From contig JAYTOY010000047.1 of NCBI GenBank assembly GCA_043747555.1, forward strand, positions 5,063 through 69,062: 64,000 bases of DNA. Direction: 5' to 3'. Position numbers and translations under genes: made by a program. The notes below the pieces were generated by a model. It had not been told where the DNA came from. It ran no database searches and saw nothing but the letters and a program-made list of their open reading frames with translations. Every line of letters starts with the position of its first letter. Position 1 is the stretch's first letter. This DNA is from Pseudobdellovibrionaceae bacterium (GTDB taxonomy: Bacteria > Bdellovibrionota > Bdellovibrionia > Bdellovibrionales > Bdellovibrionaceae). This document shows, piece by piece, positions 48,095 through 57,241 of the stretch.

Positions 48095-49186
48095 TTAGCG
48101 GATTTCAGTTTGGAAGACTCTTTCTGGGTTAAATTGCTGAACTCGCGTGATGTGAAAATACAATCGACCAATTTCACGGCCATCTGTTGTTTCGACTCGG
48201 ACTTGCCAGTCGCCGTCCTCGTACTTTTCCTTAACTGAATAACCACGGAAGCCAGATTTACGCCCGCCTAAAAGGCGCATGGGAATCTTATCGGTTGTGC
48301 GCCAGCCTTGTTTCTCTTTCAACATCCAGTGCAGCACGACCGTATCATTAAACCGGGCTGGCGAAAAAATTGTTGAAAAGAAATAAACCTTGTCGCCAGG
48401 CTCTGCGATAAAATCTTGATCGCCCTCTTGCCAGAACTTCCACGAGGCTTTTTCAGAAAACACCAAGTATTGGCCATTTTCTTTTTTGATGTTGTGGTAA
48501 ATCCCCATTTTTTCAACAGCCAAAGGAACCGGTGGAAGTAAACCCATCATATAAAAAACAAACAGCAAAATTAAGACCGCAAACGATGGAAATAGGATTT
48601 GCGCCTTCAAGTCGCTTTGCTTGTTCCACCGCAACCGAACGGCATAATAAAACGCAAAGATGGCAAGCCCAGACATTAAAAACGAAGTTAAAAAGGGCAC
48701 CCAGCCAACAAAGCCAAACAGGACAGGAGCCATGATAGAGAAAAAGGAAAACAAACATACGACAAACCAACAAATTTTTAAATTCACCTTACTTTTTTTA
48801 ACAAGCTTAGATTCATTCGCAATAATTAATCCCAGCAACAGAAGGACAAAGATCCCTGACGAAAAAAATGAAGAGCTTTTTATAAAAAATAGGGAGTAAA
48901 TATTCAAAAGAGTTCCCAAGAAAAAATGCAAGGGCAGCTGGTGATAGCTCCATGCTTTTTGAAATCGGGCGGGAACTTGAAGTGAACTTGACTCAGTCAG
49001 CAAACTGTAACCAAGAATGAGGCCGATCAAAGCCAAGTAAATAATTTGCTGAATGATCGCATGAGGTTCATCGACTTCAGCGACGATCAGGGCATCAAAA
49101 ATATATCCCGCGAAAAAAAAGGCGATATCGATTTTTTTTTCGTTATTTTCATAGAAATGCAAAAGACGACTTTTAATTCCAGACAT
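48095..49186 (-). CDS. Polytopic membrane protein with a C-terminal DUF2914 domain
   Basis: VVLHWMLKEKQGW...GFRGYSVKEKYEDGDWQVRVETTDGREIGRLYFHI. ATG 49186 was chosen because the upstream terminator (49224-49258) lies inside the longer ORF-track version. Confidence 0.7.
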   Translation of the reverse strand: MSGIKSRLLHFYENNEKKIDIAFFFAGYIFDALIVAEVDEPHAIIQQIIYLALIGLILGYSLLTESSSLQVPARFQKAWSYHQLPLHFFLGTLLNIYSLFFIKSSSFFSSGIFVLLLLGLIIANESKLVKKSKVNLKICWFVVCLFSFFSIMAPVLFGFVGWVPFLTSFLMSGLAIFAFYYAVRLRWNKQSDLKAQILFPSFAVLILLFVFYMMGLLPPVPLAVEKMGIYHNIKKENGQYLVFSEKASWKFWQEGDQDFIAEPGDKVYFFSTIFSPARFNDTVVLHWMLKEKQGWRTTDKIPMRLLGGRKSGFRGYSVKEKYEDGDWQVRVETTDGREIGRLYFHITRVQQFNPERVFQTEIR

Positions 49187-49223
49187 GCGACGATGATGCC
49201 TAACTTCGGGCAAGCCTACAAAT

Positions 49224-49258
49224 AAAAAAAGGCAAGGGTGATAGCCCTCGCCTTTTTT
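49224..49258 (-). terminator. Rho-independent terminator after the S8 protease gene
   Basis: Minus strand reads GGCGAGGG-ctatca-CCCTTGCC (one G-U pair), followed by TTTTTTT. Confidence 0.8.
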
Positions 49259-49283
49259 CATAATTAACATCTATTTTTTAGAA

Positions 49284-51386
49284 TTACTTTACAGTGTAGA
49301 TCAAAGCAAAAGGTTGGCGTCCATTATTTCCTTGAGGAACCTTAACTCCGCGAACGATTAATTTGTACTCGCCGGCGGCTAAACCAGAAAGCTCGATGAT
49401 CTCTTGATTGTTCAATCGATCCGCTGACCCCACTTGTGAACCGTCAGGCTTTATCAGAATTAAATCCAAGTCGTTCACTAAGGCTTGAGCGGCATTTGGA
49501 GAACCAGCGGCATCGACGTAAACCATATTCGCCAACAACTGCCCGTTGTTGTTTAATCTAACCGTAAAGACTTTATCTTCAGCGGCGGCGACACCCAGAC
49601 GGTCATCGCTGATCACCGTGTTTGCGCCTAAACGAGTGATGGCTGCAACATCAACCCGTCCGTAACCCTGATCATTATTCGGTCGATGAGTCAGGATTTC
49701 TTGCTGACCTGCCAAGCCGCCTTCGCCGTATTGACCCGGATACATATCAACAGCTGTATGCACCATCACAGCTTTCATTAAAGCACTGGTTGGTTTTGCA
49801 ATTCCCATTTTTTCTATAAGGTACTGACGAGCCACAGTGACCGCTCCTGCTGTTAAAGGAGTGGCCATCGACGTTCCACCGGCCCACACATAAAAATCAT
49901 TGTACTTGCCCCATAGAAGCTCAGCTTTTGGATGTTGGCTTTTTGTACTTAAAATATTTGTCCCGGGAGCAACAACGTCTGGCTTAGTACGGCCGTCTTT
50001 TGTCGGTCCCCGCGAGCTAAACATAGCAATGCCATTTATATTATCTGAAAGAAAAGAGCTAAAAATAGGCTCAGTTCCCCAATGATCTTTGCCTGTTCGG
50101 AGTTGGCTGATTGGTTTTTGAATTCCACCTGTTGTGGTTGTATTTTCTGAAGCCCCAACGCTGATGCAGTTTTTGGCTGTTGCCGGTGAACCCAAAGAGT
50201 TCGGATCAATGCGACCATCTTTGTCGTCATCGACACCGCTGTTTCCCGCAGCAAATAAAACAGTCATATCTGGGTTATTAAAAGTCCATTCATCCAATTG
50301 CTGGGCATAGCTATCATATTCACCCAATGATTTGGGGCTTCCCCAAGAGTTTGAATGAACTGATACGCCTTGTTCAAAAGCTTGGTTTAAAACTTTCGCT
50401 AAATCCGGAGGCACAAGTCCCCCCATCATCGGCGACCACATACTTTGTGCAACTAACATCGCATCGTAAGCGCCGCCCTTAATATCACCATTACTTTTTA
50501 TTCCGCGACCTGCAATGGATCCCGCAACGTGAGTGCCGTGACCCATTGGATCTTCCCAAGACTTACTAAATAAACCAAGAATTTGTCCGGACTTTACAGC
50601 ATTAGAAAAATCTGGATGAATCGTCGAGGAATCTCCGTTATCAAGACCAGTATCAGCATAACCTGCGACTTGTCCTTTGCCGGTAAAACCTTGCGACCAA
50701 GCAGCGGCAAAGTTCATCAGTTTTGTGCCAGTTTCAAAACCAGTCAGTGGTTCATTTTCTTTGACTTCAGGTAAGCCTTCAGATTCCAAAGTTTTCATAT
50801 GCAAAGTTTCAAACCGAGGACTGGCTTGAATATGCTCAACTCCCGCAAGGCTAGCTAAACTTTTCAATTGAGCTTTTGTAGCTACTACGAAAGCCGATCT
50901 TGCATCTGAAGAAACAAAATGGATTTCTGGGTTAGCGCGCAAACTTTTTACGACCCCTGGAAGTGTTTCTTTGTTAAAGGCAGAAATCATCCAAAGTTCA
51001 GGATGATCGGCAGCAACAGTGAATGAAGAAACTTCGCTGCTGATTTTAAATTCTGGCAAATAAGGCGATACAGCATTAATACGGCTATTTGTGGTTACGA
51101 TATGATTGAGTTTTGTGAAATCACCGGTCACAACCAAAGCGTCATCAGGTAAATAACCTAAAATTTTGAAACCTTGCGATCGCAGCGCTTTTTTATCAGC
51201 TTCGATCACCGAGTTTTTAAATTGCACGATCATTTCGGTGACTGTTTCTTGCGATAATGCTTCTGAATTAAATCGCATTTGAGTTGGATCAACTGTTGCG
51301 CGTGAAAAACGAATATACTGTCCTGCCTCTGCTGTAATAGCCATCGTGGCTACGGAAAGAGACAAAACGGTGATGAGTTTCCTCAT
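49284..51386 (-). CDS. Secreted S8 (subtilisin-family) serine protease with a C-terminal beta-domain
   Basis: Signal peptide. Catalytic triad contexts YADTGLD, GHGTHVAGSIAG and GGTSMATP. Confidence 0.93.
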   Translation of the reverse strand: MRKLITVLSLSVATMAITAEAGQYIRFSRATVDPTQMRFNSEALSQETVTEMIVQFKNSVIEADKKALRSQGFKILGYLPDDALVVTGDFTKLNHIVTTNSRINAVSPYLPEFKISSEVSSFTVAADHPELWMISAFNKETLPGVVKSLRANPEIHFVSSDARSAFVVATKAQLKSLASLAGVEHIQASPRFETLHMKTLESEGLPEVKENEPLTGFETGTKLMNFAAAWSQGFTGKGQVAGYADTGLDNGDSSTIHPDFSNAVKSGQILGLFSKSWEDPMGHGTHVAGSIAGRGIKSNGDIKGGAYDAMLVAQSMWSPMMGGLVPPDLAKVLNQAFEQGVSVHSNSWGSPKSLGEYDSYAQQLDEWTFNNPDMTVLFAAGNSGVDDDKDGRIDPNSLGSPATAKNCISVGASENTTTTGGIQKPISQLRTGKDHWGTEPIFSSFLSDNINGIAMFSSRGPTKDGRTKPDVVAPGTNILSTKSQHPKAELLWGKYNDFYVWAGGTSMATPLTAGAVTVARQYLIEKMGIAKPTSALMKAVMVHTAVDMYPGQYGEGGLAGQQEILTHRPNNDQGYGRVDVAAITRLGANTVISDDRLGVAAAEDKVFTVRLNNNGQLLANMVYVDAAGSPNAAQALVNDLDLILIKPDGSQVGSADRLNNQEIIELSGLAAGEYKLIVRGVKVPQGNNGRQPFALIYTVK

Positions 51387-51523
51387 GAGACCCCCTTGTT
51401 AGACCCAAATCGGACCATAGGGACGCTGATAAAGAAAACAAAAAGAGACTTTTTTTTGCATTGTATCAGACAATTCACTCTGAGATCGCGCACAGAGCTT
51501 TAACAATTTATAGATCCAATTTT

Positions 51524-53611
51524 TTAGGCAATACCGGCGAGGGCAGCGGGTCCTCTTTTTTTCAACAGCTCTTCCTTAAGTCTTTTATGATCTCCGTGCT
51601 TGAGTTGCGGATCTTTTTGCAAAATTTCAAAAGCCGCTGCTCTTGCTTTTTGTAGAATAGTTACGTCTCTGATAAGGTTCGCCATTTTAAAGCCATCAAG
51701 TCCGGACTGCTTGGTTCCCATAAACTCGCCAGGACCCCGCAGCTGCAAATCGAATTCGGCAATTTTAAAGCCATCCGTCGTTTGTTCCATTATCTGAGTG
51801 CGCTCGCGTGCGTCTTCACCAACGGCATAGCCTAACATTAAAATACAAAAACTTTTTGCTGAACCTCGGCCAACTCGGCCGCGCAATTGATGCAACTGTG
51901 AAAGTCCAAAACGCTCGGCGTGTTCGATAATCATCAGATTGGCATTCGGGACATCAACACCCACTTCGATCACCGTTGTTGCAACCAGCACTTGGGTTTC
52001 ACCGTCACGAAACTTTTGCATGACTTGTTCTTTATCTGTAGGTTTTAATCTTCCATGCAAAAGATCAAATTTAATTTCAGGAAATTGATTTTTTAATTTT
52101 TCAAACTGAGTGACTGCATCTTTAAGGTCGATTTTTTCACTCTCTTCAATGAGTGGATAGACAATATAGGCTTGCCGCCCTTTTTTAATCTGCTCGGCCA
52201 TAAAATTCAAAGCTAAACCCCGTTTTCCCTCAAACGTGACTCGTGTTTGAATCGGCGACCGACCGGGCGGCATCTCGTCAATCACAGAAACATCCAAATC
52301 ACCGTAAACGGTCATGGCTAGTGTTCGCGGGATTGGAGTTGCTGTCATAATTAAGAAATGGGGAGCTTGGCCTTTTTCTTTAAGAATGCCCCTTTGCTCG
52401 ACGCCAAAGCGATGCTGCTCGTCCACAATCACAAGTGCTAGGTTTTTGAATTTTACCGGATCTTCGATCAAAGCGTGGGTGCCGATAATAAAATGAAGAT
52501 CACCACTTTCAAGATCCGATAAAATTTGTTTTCGCTCGGCAGCTTTCGTTTTTCCCGACAATACAGCCACCTTAAGTCCGGTAGGTTCTAAATATTTTTG
52601 CGCATTTTTAAAATGCTGCTCTGCTAAAATTTCTGTCGGCGCCATCATGGCTGATTGAAAACCACTTTCAGCGCCGCAGGCCACTGCCATAAATGCTACT
52701 AAAGTTTTTCCGCACCCGACGTCTCCTTGCACCATACGATGCATGGGTGAGCCCTTTTTAAAATCCTCTTTGATTTCTTGAAAGGTTCTTAATTGGGCAC
52801 CCGTCAATTGAAAAGGCAGTGACTTCATTAAGACTTCGATTTTTCGGCCTTCATTTTCGATCACTGGCGATTTTTCTTTTTTAAAACCACTTCGGCGGGC
52901 TGCTAAAAAAAGCTCTAGCCAAAAGAACTCTTCAAATATGATTCGTTGGTGAGCGGGGCTGCGAAATTCCATATACTCTTTGGCTAAATCAGGGTTCGGA
53001 TGATGCAGCTGGTACAAAGCCTCACGATGAGTCAGCAAGTTATTTTCTTTCCGAAGAGAAATAGGAAATGATTCTTCGTCATCTTTTTCAAGCTGACCAA
53101 AGGCACTTTGAATAATACTTAAAATTTTCCCGCGCGTCAGCCCTTCGAATTCTGTATAAATCGGAATCATCGCATCACTTGGTAATTCGTCGGATTCGAC
53201 ATCTTTGATATCAGGATGGTGAAATTCGATTCGGCCTTTATAAAATAAAACTTTGCCAACGACGCGCACTTCTTTGAATGGTTTAAATCGATCAAAATAT
53301 CCACGATAGGGAACTCGAAAAAATTTGCAGCTCACTTGTCCAGAACTGTCTTTAACAATCACATCATAAATTTTTCGCGTTGAAGCGCCCATGGGGATGG
53401 CTTTGACAGTTAAGATCGTCGCTTTTAAACTGACAGTCTCACCGGCCTGTAAAGAAGCAATGTTTCTGGCGGCTCTTTGGTCTTCATAGGCCCTCGGGTA
53501 AAGTTCCAATAAATCCCCGACCCATCGAATGCCCCGCCGAGCAAAAATATCACCCAGCTTTGGTCCAACTCCCTTAAGATATTGTACAGAGGCATCTAGA
53601 CGTAAGGCCAT
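51524..53611 (-). CDS. recG: ATP-dependent DNA helicase RecG
   Basis: GDVGCGKTLVA and VDEQHRFG, wedge domain, MALRLDASVQYLKGVGPKL start region. The longer ORF-track start would overlap the divergent gene. Confidence 0.95.
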   Translation of the reverse strand: MALRLDASVQYLKGVGPKLGDIFARRGIRWVGDLLELYPRAYEDQRAARNIASLQAGETVSLKATILTVKAIPMGASTRKIYDVIVKDSSGQVSCKFFRVPYRGYFDRFKPFKEVRVVGKVLFYKGRIEFHHPDIKDVESDELPSDAMIPIYTEFEGLTRGKILSIIQSAFGQLEKDDEESFPISLRKENNLLTHREALYQLHHPNPDLAKEYMEFRSPAHQRIIFEEFFWLELFLAARRSGFKKEKSPVIENEGRKIEVLMKSLPFQLTGAQLRTFQEIKEDFKKGSPMHRMVQGDVGCGKTLVAFMAVACGAESGFQSAMMAPTEILAEQHFKNAQKYLEPTGLKVAVLSGKTKAAERKQILSDLESGDLHFIIGTHALIEDPVKFKNLALVIVDEQHRFGVEQRGILKEKGQAPHFLIMTATPIPRTLAMTVYGDLDVSVIDEMPPGRSPIQTRVTFEGKRGLALNFMAEQIKKGRQAYIVYPLIEESEKIDLKDAVTQFEKLKNQFPEIKFDLLHGRLKPTDKEQVMQKFRDGETQVLVATTVIEVGVDVPNANLMIIEHAERFGLSQLHQLRGRVGRGSAKSFCILMLGYAVGEDARERTQIMEQTTDGFKIAEFDLQLRGPGEFMGTKQSGLDGFKMANLIRDVTILQKARAAAFEILQKDPQLKHGDHKRLKEELLKKRGPAALAGIA

Positions 53612-53672
53612 AGGTTCTGATTTTCCACCTTTTAGTTTTCCAGTCAATGAAAGCGTGTCAAAATTAACAGAT

Positions 53673-54629
53673 ATGCAGGATTCTGATCTTTCCAAGTACT
53701 TCCGTATTCGCCTCAGCACTTTGCGGCCTGAAAAGCGCACTGCTTTTGATATTTTCGTGAGCCTCGACGGCAGGGTTTTACTCTACCTGCGCGCTGGCGA
53801 TCAGTTGAAAGATTCAAAAATTGATCTTCTTCATCATCGCGATACTGGCAATTCATTTTTCGTTCGTAACGAAGACCGCGAAGCTTACCGCGCCTGGGTG
53901 CGGGAAGAACTTTTATCCGAGCAGATCACTCCGTTTGAGAAAGCTAAAATCTTACGGGAATCTTCTATGGCTATTATGGAAGATCTTTTTGAAAATCCTG
54001 ATGTGAATAAGGCTTTGGATGACTCGCGCCCTATCATTCGCGATTTTATTGATTTTATGATTAAAGAACCCGAGGGCATGGGTTTTTTAATCAGTCTTTC
54101 TGGTCACGATTTTTACACCTACAATCATTCTTTGGATGTCGGGATTTATTCTTTAGGCTTAGGACAAGCTATGGGCTTTAATTCTAAGGACCTAGAAGAA
54201 CTGGGTGCCGCTTCTTTGTTTCACGACGTTGGAAAACGCAATGTTAGTTTAGATATTCTGTGCAAAAAAGGTCCCCTTGATGATGCCGAGTGGGAACAAA
54301 TGAAACGGCATCCTCAATACGGACTTTTAATCTTAAATGAAAATCCAAATATTTCAGATGCCATTCGTGCCGCTTGCTTTGAACATCACGAAAGCTTTTC
54401 GGGCAATGGCTATCCACAAAATATTTCAGGGCAAGAAATCCATCCCTTTGCGCGGATCGTAGCTATCACCGACACTTATGATGCGATGACGACGCAGCGA
54501 TCTTACAACGTTCCCATGAAGCCAATGGATGCTGTCACCATGATGAAAGAAAAACTTCATGGGCGTTATGATCCCGATATGTTGAAAGCGATGTACTCCG
54601 TTTTATTTAAAATGAAAGTCGCAGGTTAA
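53673..54629 (+). CDS. HD-GYP domain protein (c-di-GMP phosphodiesterase family)
   Basis: FHDVGK and HHESFSGNGYP. ATG 53673 lies 61 nt from the recG start. Confidence 0.88.
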   Translation: MQDSDLSKYFRIRLSTLRPEKRTAFDIFVSLDGRVLLYLRAGDQLKDSKIDLLHHRDTGNSFFVRNEDREAYRAWVREELLSEQITPFEKAKILRESSMAIMEDLFENPDVNKALDDSRPIIRDFIDFMIKEPEGMGFLISLSGHDFYTYNHSLDVGIYSLGLGQAMGFNSKDLEELGAASLFHDVGKRNVSLDILCKKGPLDDAEWEQMKRHPQYGLLILNENPNISDAIRAACFEHHESFSGNGYPQNISGQEIHPFARIVAITDTYDAMTTQRSYNVPMKPMDAVTMMKEKLHGRYDPDMLKAMYSVLFKMKVAG

Positions 54630-54630
54630 G

Positions 54631-55068
54631 ATGAAGCTTTTAATTTACAGCTTCTTTATGGCCTTAGCGATTCCAATTTTTACTTATTCCTTAGATCCCA
54701 AAAATCCCATTGATTCCTGTGATCGATTCATCAGTGATTCTGATAAAAATCACTGCCTTGAAAAAGCCGGAAGCCCTAAGGTCGATTGGTACGCTTCTTC
54801 TTTGTGTCAGAAAATTGATGATGATAAAGTTTTCCTCAGCTGCTTTGACGCCATTGAAGCCGCTCAGTTTGATCCAAAAGCGGTTGAGGCTTGTGAAACT
54901 TTTGCCAGCCAAGATGACTCTTTAAAATTAAAATGTTTAGAATTAGTTAAAAATCGCCCGATCGGGGATTGTAAAACTCGGAAAGAGTTTAAAAGTTTTG
55001 AATCTTGCATGAAATCCAAATCAGCAAGACTACCCGCTTCAGAAAGAACTTTCTTTCAAACGAAGTGA
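54631..55068 (+). CDS. Small secreted 8-Cys protein, unknown function
   Basis: Signal peptide ...IFTYS. Eight Cys arranged as four similar D/E-x-C units. Starts 1 nt after the HD-GYP stop. Confidence 0.5.
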   Translation: MKLLIYSFFMALAIPIFTYSLDPKNPIDSCDRFISDSDKNHCLEKAGSPKVDWYASSLCQKIDDDKVFLSCFDAIEAAQFDPKAVEACETFASQDDSLKLKCLELVKNRPIGDCKTRKEFKSFESCMKSKSARLPASERTFFQTK

Positions 55069-55087
55069 AGTTCACAGTGAACTTCAC
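55065..55087. terminator. Palindromic bidirectional terminator-like element between convergent genes
   Basis: GTGAAGTTCAC-A-GTGAACTTCAC. Overlaps the stop codon of 54631-55068. Confidence 0.5.
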
Positions 55088-55110
55088 CAGCCCAAAAAAG
55101 ATTTATAAAT

Positions 55111-55875
55111 TTAAAATATTTCTTTGAAGAAATTTTGCATGGCGAGCCATGAACGCTTGTCAGCTTTTTCGTTATAGGCAGCACCTTTGGAATTGTCGTT
55201 GCCAGCACCTTTATTTGTAAAGGCGTGCACCGCATTTCCATAAGCTACCAATTGCCAGTCGACTTTAGCATCGCGCATTTCTTTTTCAAACCCTGCCACT
55301 TCCGCAGCCGGTACATAGGTATCATCGCCTCCGTGCAGAGCTAAAACTTTACCTTTGATATTTTTTGCATCCGCTGCATTCGGAGTCGCTAAGCCCCCGT
55401 GAAAACTGACGACACCTTTTAATGGAGCGCCAGATCGAGCCAGTTCCAAGGCCGTAGTTCCGCCGAAACAGTATCCCATCGCCGCAAGATTTGTTTTTTC
55501 GACATTAGCTTGAGATTTTAAAGTATTGTACGCCGCCGTCACTCGAGCTCGTAAAAGTTTCACATCAGTTTTATACTGAGTGGCCAATTTTCCTGCTTCA
55601 CTGGCATCTTTAGGGCGCACCCCTTTTCCGTAAATATCGGCGGCAAATGCAACATAACCTAAACCTGCCAACATATCAGCGCGACTTTTTGTATCTTCGC
55701 TAAGACCCATCCAATCATGAACAACGACAACTCCTGGCTTTAAACCCTTGCTATCGTCAAAAGATAAATAGCCCTCTAAAACGGTCGATCCCTCTTTGTA
55801 TTCGATGGTTTTTGTGACTAATTTTGCTTGCGCCGACACCGCCCATAAAATCACTGCCATAAATAATTTCTTCAT
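55111..55875 (-). CDS. Secreted dienelactone hydrolase family protein
   Basis: Signal peptide ...AVSAQA. GYCFGG nucleophile elbow and HGGDD. ATG 55875 overlaps the upstream stop (ATGA). Confidence 0.87.
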   Translation of the reverse strand: MKKLFMAVILWAVSAQAKLVTKTIEYKEGSTVLEGYLSFDDSKGLKPGVVVVHDWMGLSEDTKSRADMLAGLGYVAFAADIYGKGVRPKDASEAGKLATQYKTDVKLLRARVTAAYNTLKSQANVEKTNLAAMGYCFGGTTALELARSGAPLKGVVSFHGGLATPNAADAKNIKGKVLALHGGDDTYVPAAEVAGFEKEMRDAKVDWQLVAYGNAVHAFTNKGAGNDNSKGAAYNEKADKRSWLAMQNFFKEIF

Positions 55876-56324
55876 AAAATATCTCTCCTTGCGACGTAGG
55901 TTCCTTGAAAGACAGCACATACTTTTTTTTTCCAAATCACCTCGGCTGTCAGAGGCAACCTGGCTTTGCCTTTTTTCTGAAGAGTTTGAAAAAACTCATT
56001 CATCTGGTCTGAAGTTTCGGCTTGGCAGGTGACTTCAAAATCACCGCCCACCGGCGATAAGTAACGAATATGACCTTCAGAAATCACAATATCTTGAGTC
56101 ATCATTCCGTGCGCCGTTAAGGCCGCCCAAATTAATCCATAGCTAGATAACGCTGAAAAAGAGTAAAGACTGCCACCAAATACAGTGCCAATATGATTTT
56201 TATTTTCACTCCAAGTTCCTGTTAAAATACAAGTTTGCGGTAAAAATATTTGAACCTTAAGTCCCATATGAGGAACGAGTGGAAACATTTTCTCAGCGTG
56301 AGTTTGAAATTCTAAGGATGTCAT
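55872..56324 (-). CDS. YiiD_C-type hotdog thioesterase
   Basis: HMGLKV...NHIGTVFGGSLYSFSALSSYG. Start overlaps the upstream stop (TAATG). Confidence 0.72.
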   Translation of the reverse strand: MTSLEFQTHAEKMFPLVPHMGLKVQIFLPQTCILTGTWSENKNHIGTVFGGSLYSFSALSSYGLIWAALTAHGMMTQDIVISEGHIRYLSPVGGDFEVTCQAETSDQMNEFFQTLQKKGKARLPLTAEVIWKKKVCAVFQGTYVARRDIL

Positions 56325-57241
56325 TACGGAGCACGCCTTAAGTATTCATAACCACCAGCAAAGTTCCTAGCGCCGTAGCCCCACTCGCGAAGAATCATTG
56401 TGACAGCGGCAGAGCTGACACCATTTTCACTGATCACAAAAATCGTTTTATTTTTTGTGATGTTTTCTTTTTTTAATTCGGTTTCCGTTGAATTTTCTGC
56501 AAGCCCCTTCGCATTCAAAAATTTCTTCCAAGAAATTATTTTCAAAGGCACTGTTGCCTTTTCAAGTCCTGAAAAATCTGTCGCAACTTCCCTGACATCT
56601 AGAATTAAATTCTCAGGGCCCAGAGCTCCGGTCCGAGGAGGGCTCATTTGTAAACTTTTAAGACGCGCGCGCGAAGGTGGTGCTTTTCGATCTAAAACGG
56701 CTGTTTTAAATTCTTCTGGTGTTGCTAAAAACTGGCTCTGAACGGCCGGCTTCCAAGTCGGTTTATTTTCAGGGCTGATTTCGGGCCGAGGAATCGTCGC
56801 GCGAATGACCGTCCAAGAAGCAAATTGAACATTTTTAACCCCTAAGTATTTTAACATCCATGCTATTCGTCCTTCCTCACCCTGACCTTGCAGAGCTGAG
56901 CCAACGACAAGCACAGGGGTCTCAGGGTCAATGCCCCAGAGACTTAATCTGCGTGCTAAAGAAACATCATCGTCTTGTAAAAATCCGCGAAAGCCCGGCT
57001 TCAATTGGCTGAAATCTTGCCACTGAACCAGCACGGCTCCTGGTGCGTGCGACACTGAAAAATCCAGTGGCGTCCTCGCATCTAAAATCACTGGCTTTAA
57101 TTTCAAAAATCCCCGAAAAAAATCGGTCTCACTATTGGCCGCCGCTTGCCCCTGATTAGTGACTTTCGTTGGTGTATTCTGACAGGAAAAAATTCCCGCA
57201 CTGAACAGCACTGCCAAAAGGAACTTAGCCCTTGCCGTCAT
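56324..57241 (-). CDS. Lipoprotein with two rhodanese-homology domains, both lacking the catalytic Cys
   Basis: Lipobox AGIFSC (the only Cys). Loop positions read VVGSALQG and VISENGVSS instead of C-x-x-G-x-R. Confidence 0.7.
   Translation of the reverse strand: MTARAKFLLAVLFSAGIFSCQNTPTKVTNQGQAAANSETDFFRGFLKLKPVILDARTPLDFSVSHAPGAVLVQWQDFSQLKPGFRGFLQDDDVSLARRLSLWGIDPETPVLVVGSALQGQGEEGRIAWMLKYLGVKNVQFASWTVIRATIPRPEISPENKPTWKPAVQSQFLATPEEFKTAVLDRKAPPSRARLKSLQMSPPRTGALGPENLILDVREVATDFSGLEKATVPLKIISWKKFLNAKGLAENSTETELKKENITKNKTIFVISENGVSSAAVTMILREWGYGARNFAGGYEYLRRAP

Noticed and set aside
48319-48899. Several 65-86-aa ORFs in both orientations within the DUF2914 membrane-protein gene
   Set aside because: They are alternative-frame readings of a hydrophobic, T/A-rich coding region. 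The 48095-49186 frame carries the recognisable DUF2914 domain.
53529-53740. Apparent 212-nt overlap between the divergent recG and HD-GYP ORFs
   Set aside because: This is an artefact of taking the longest ORFs. Internal Met codons (recG 53611, MALRLDASVQYLKGVG; HD-GYP 53673) give sensible N-termini and a 61-nt intergenic region.
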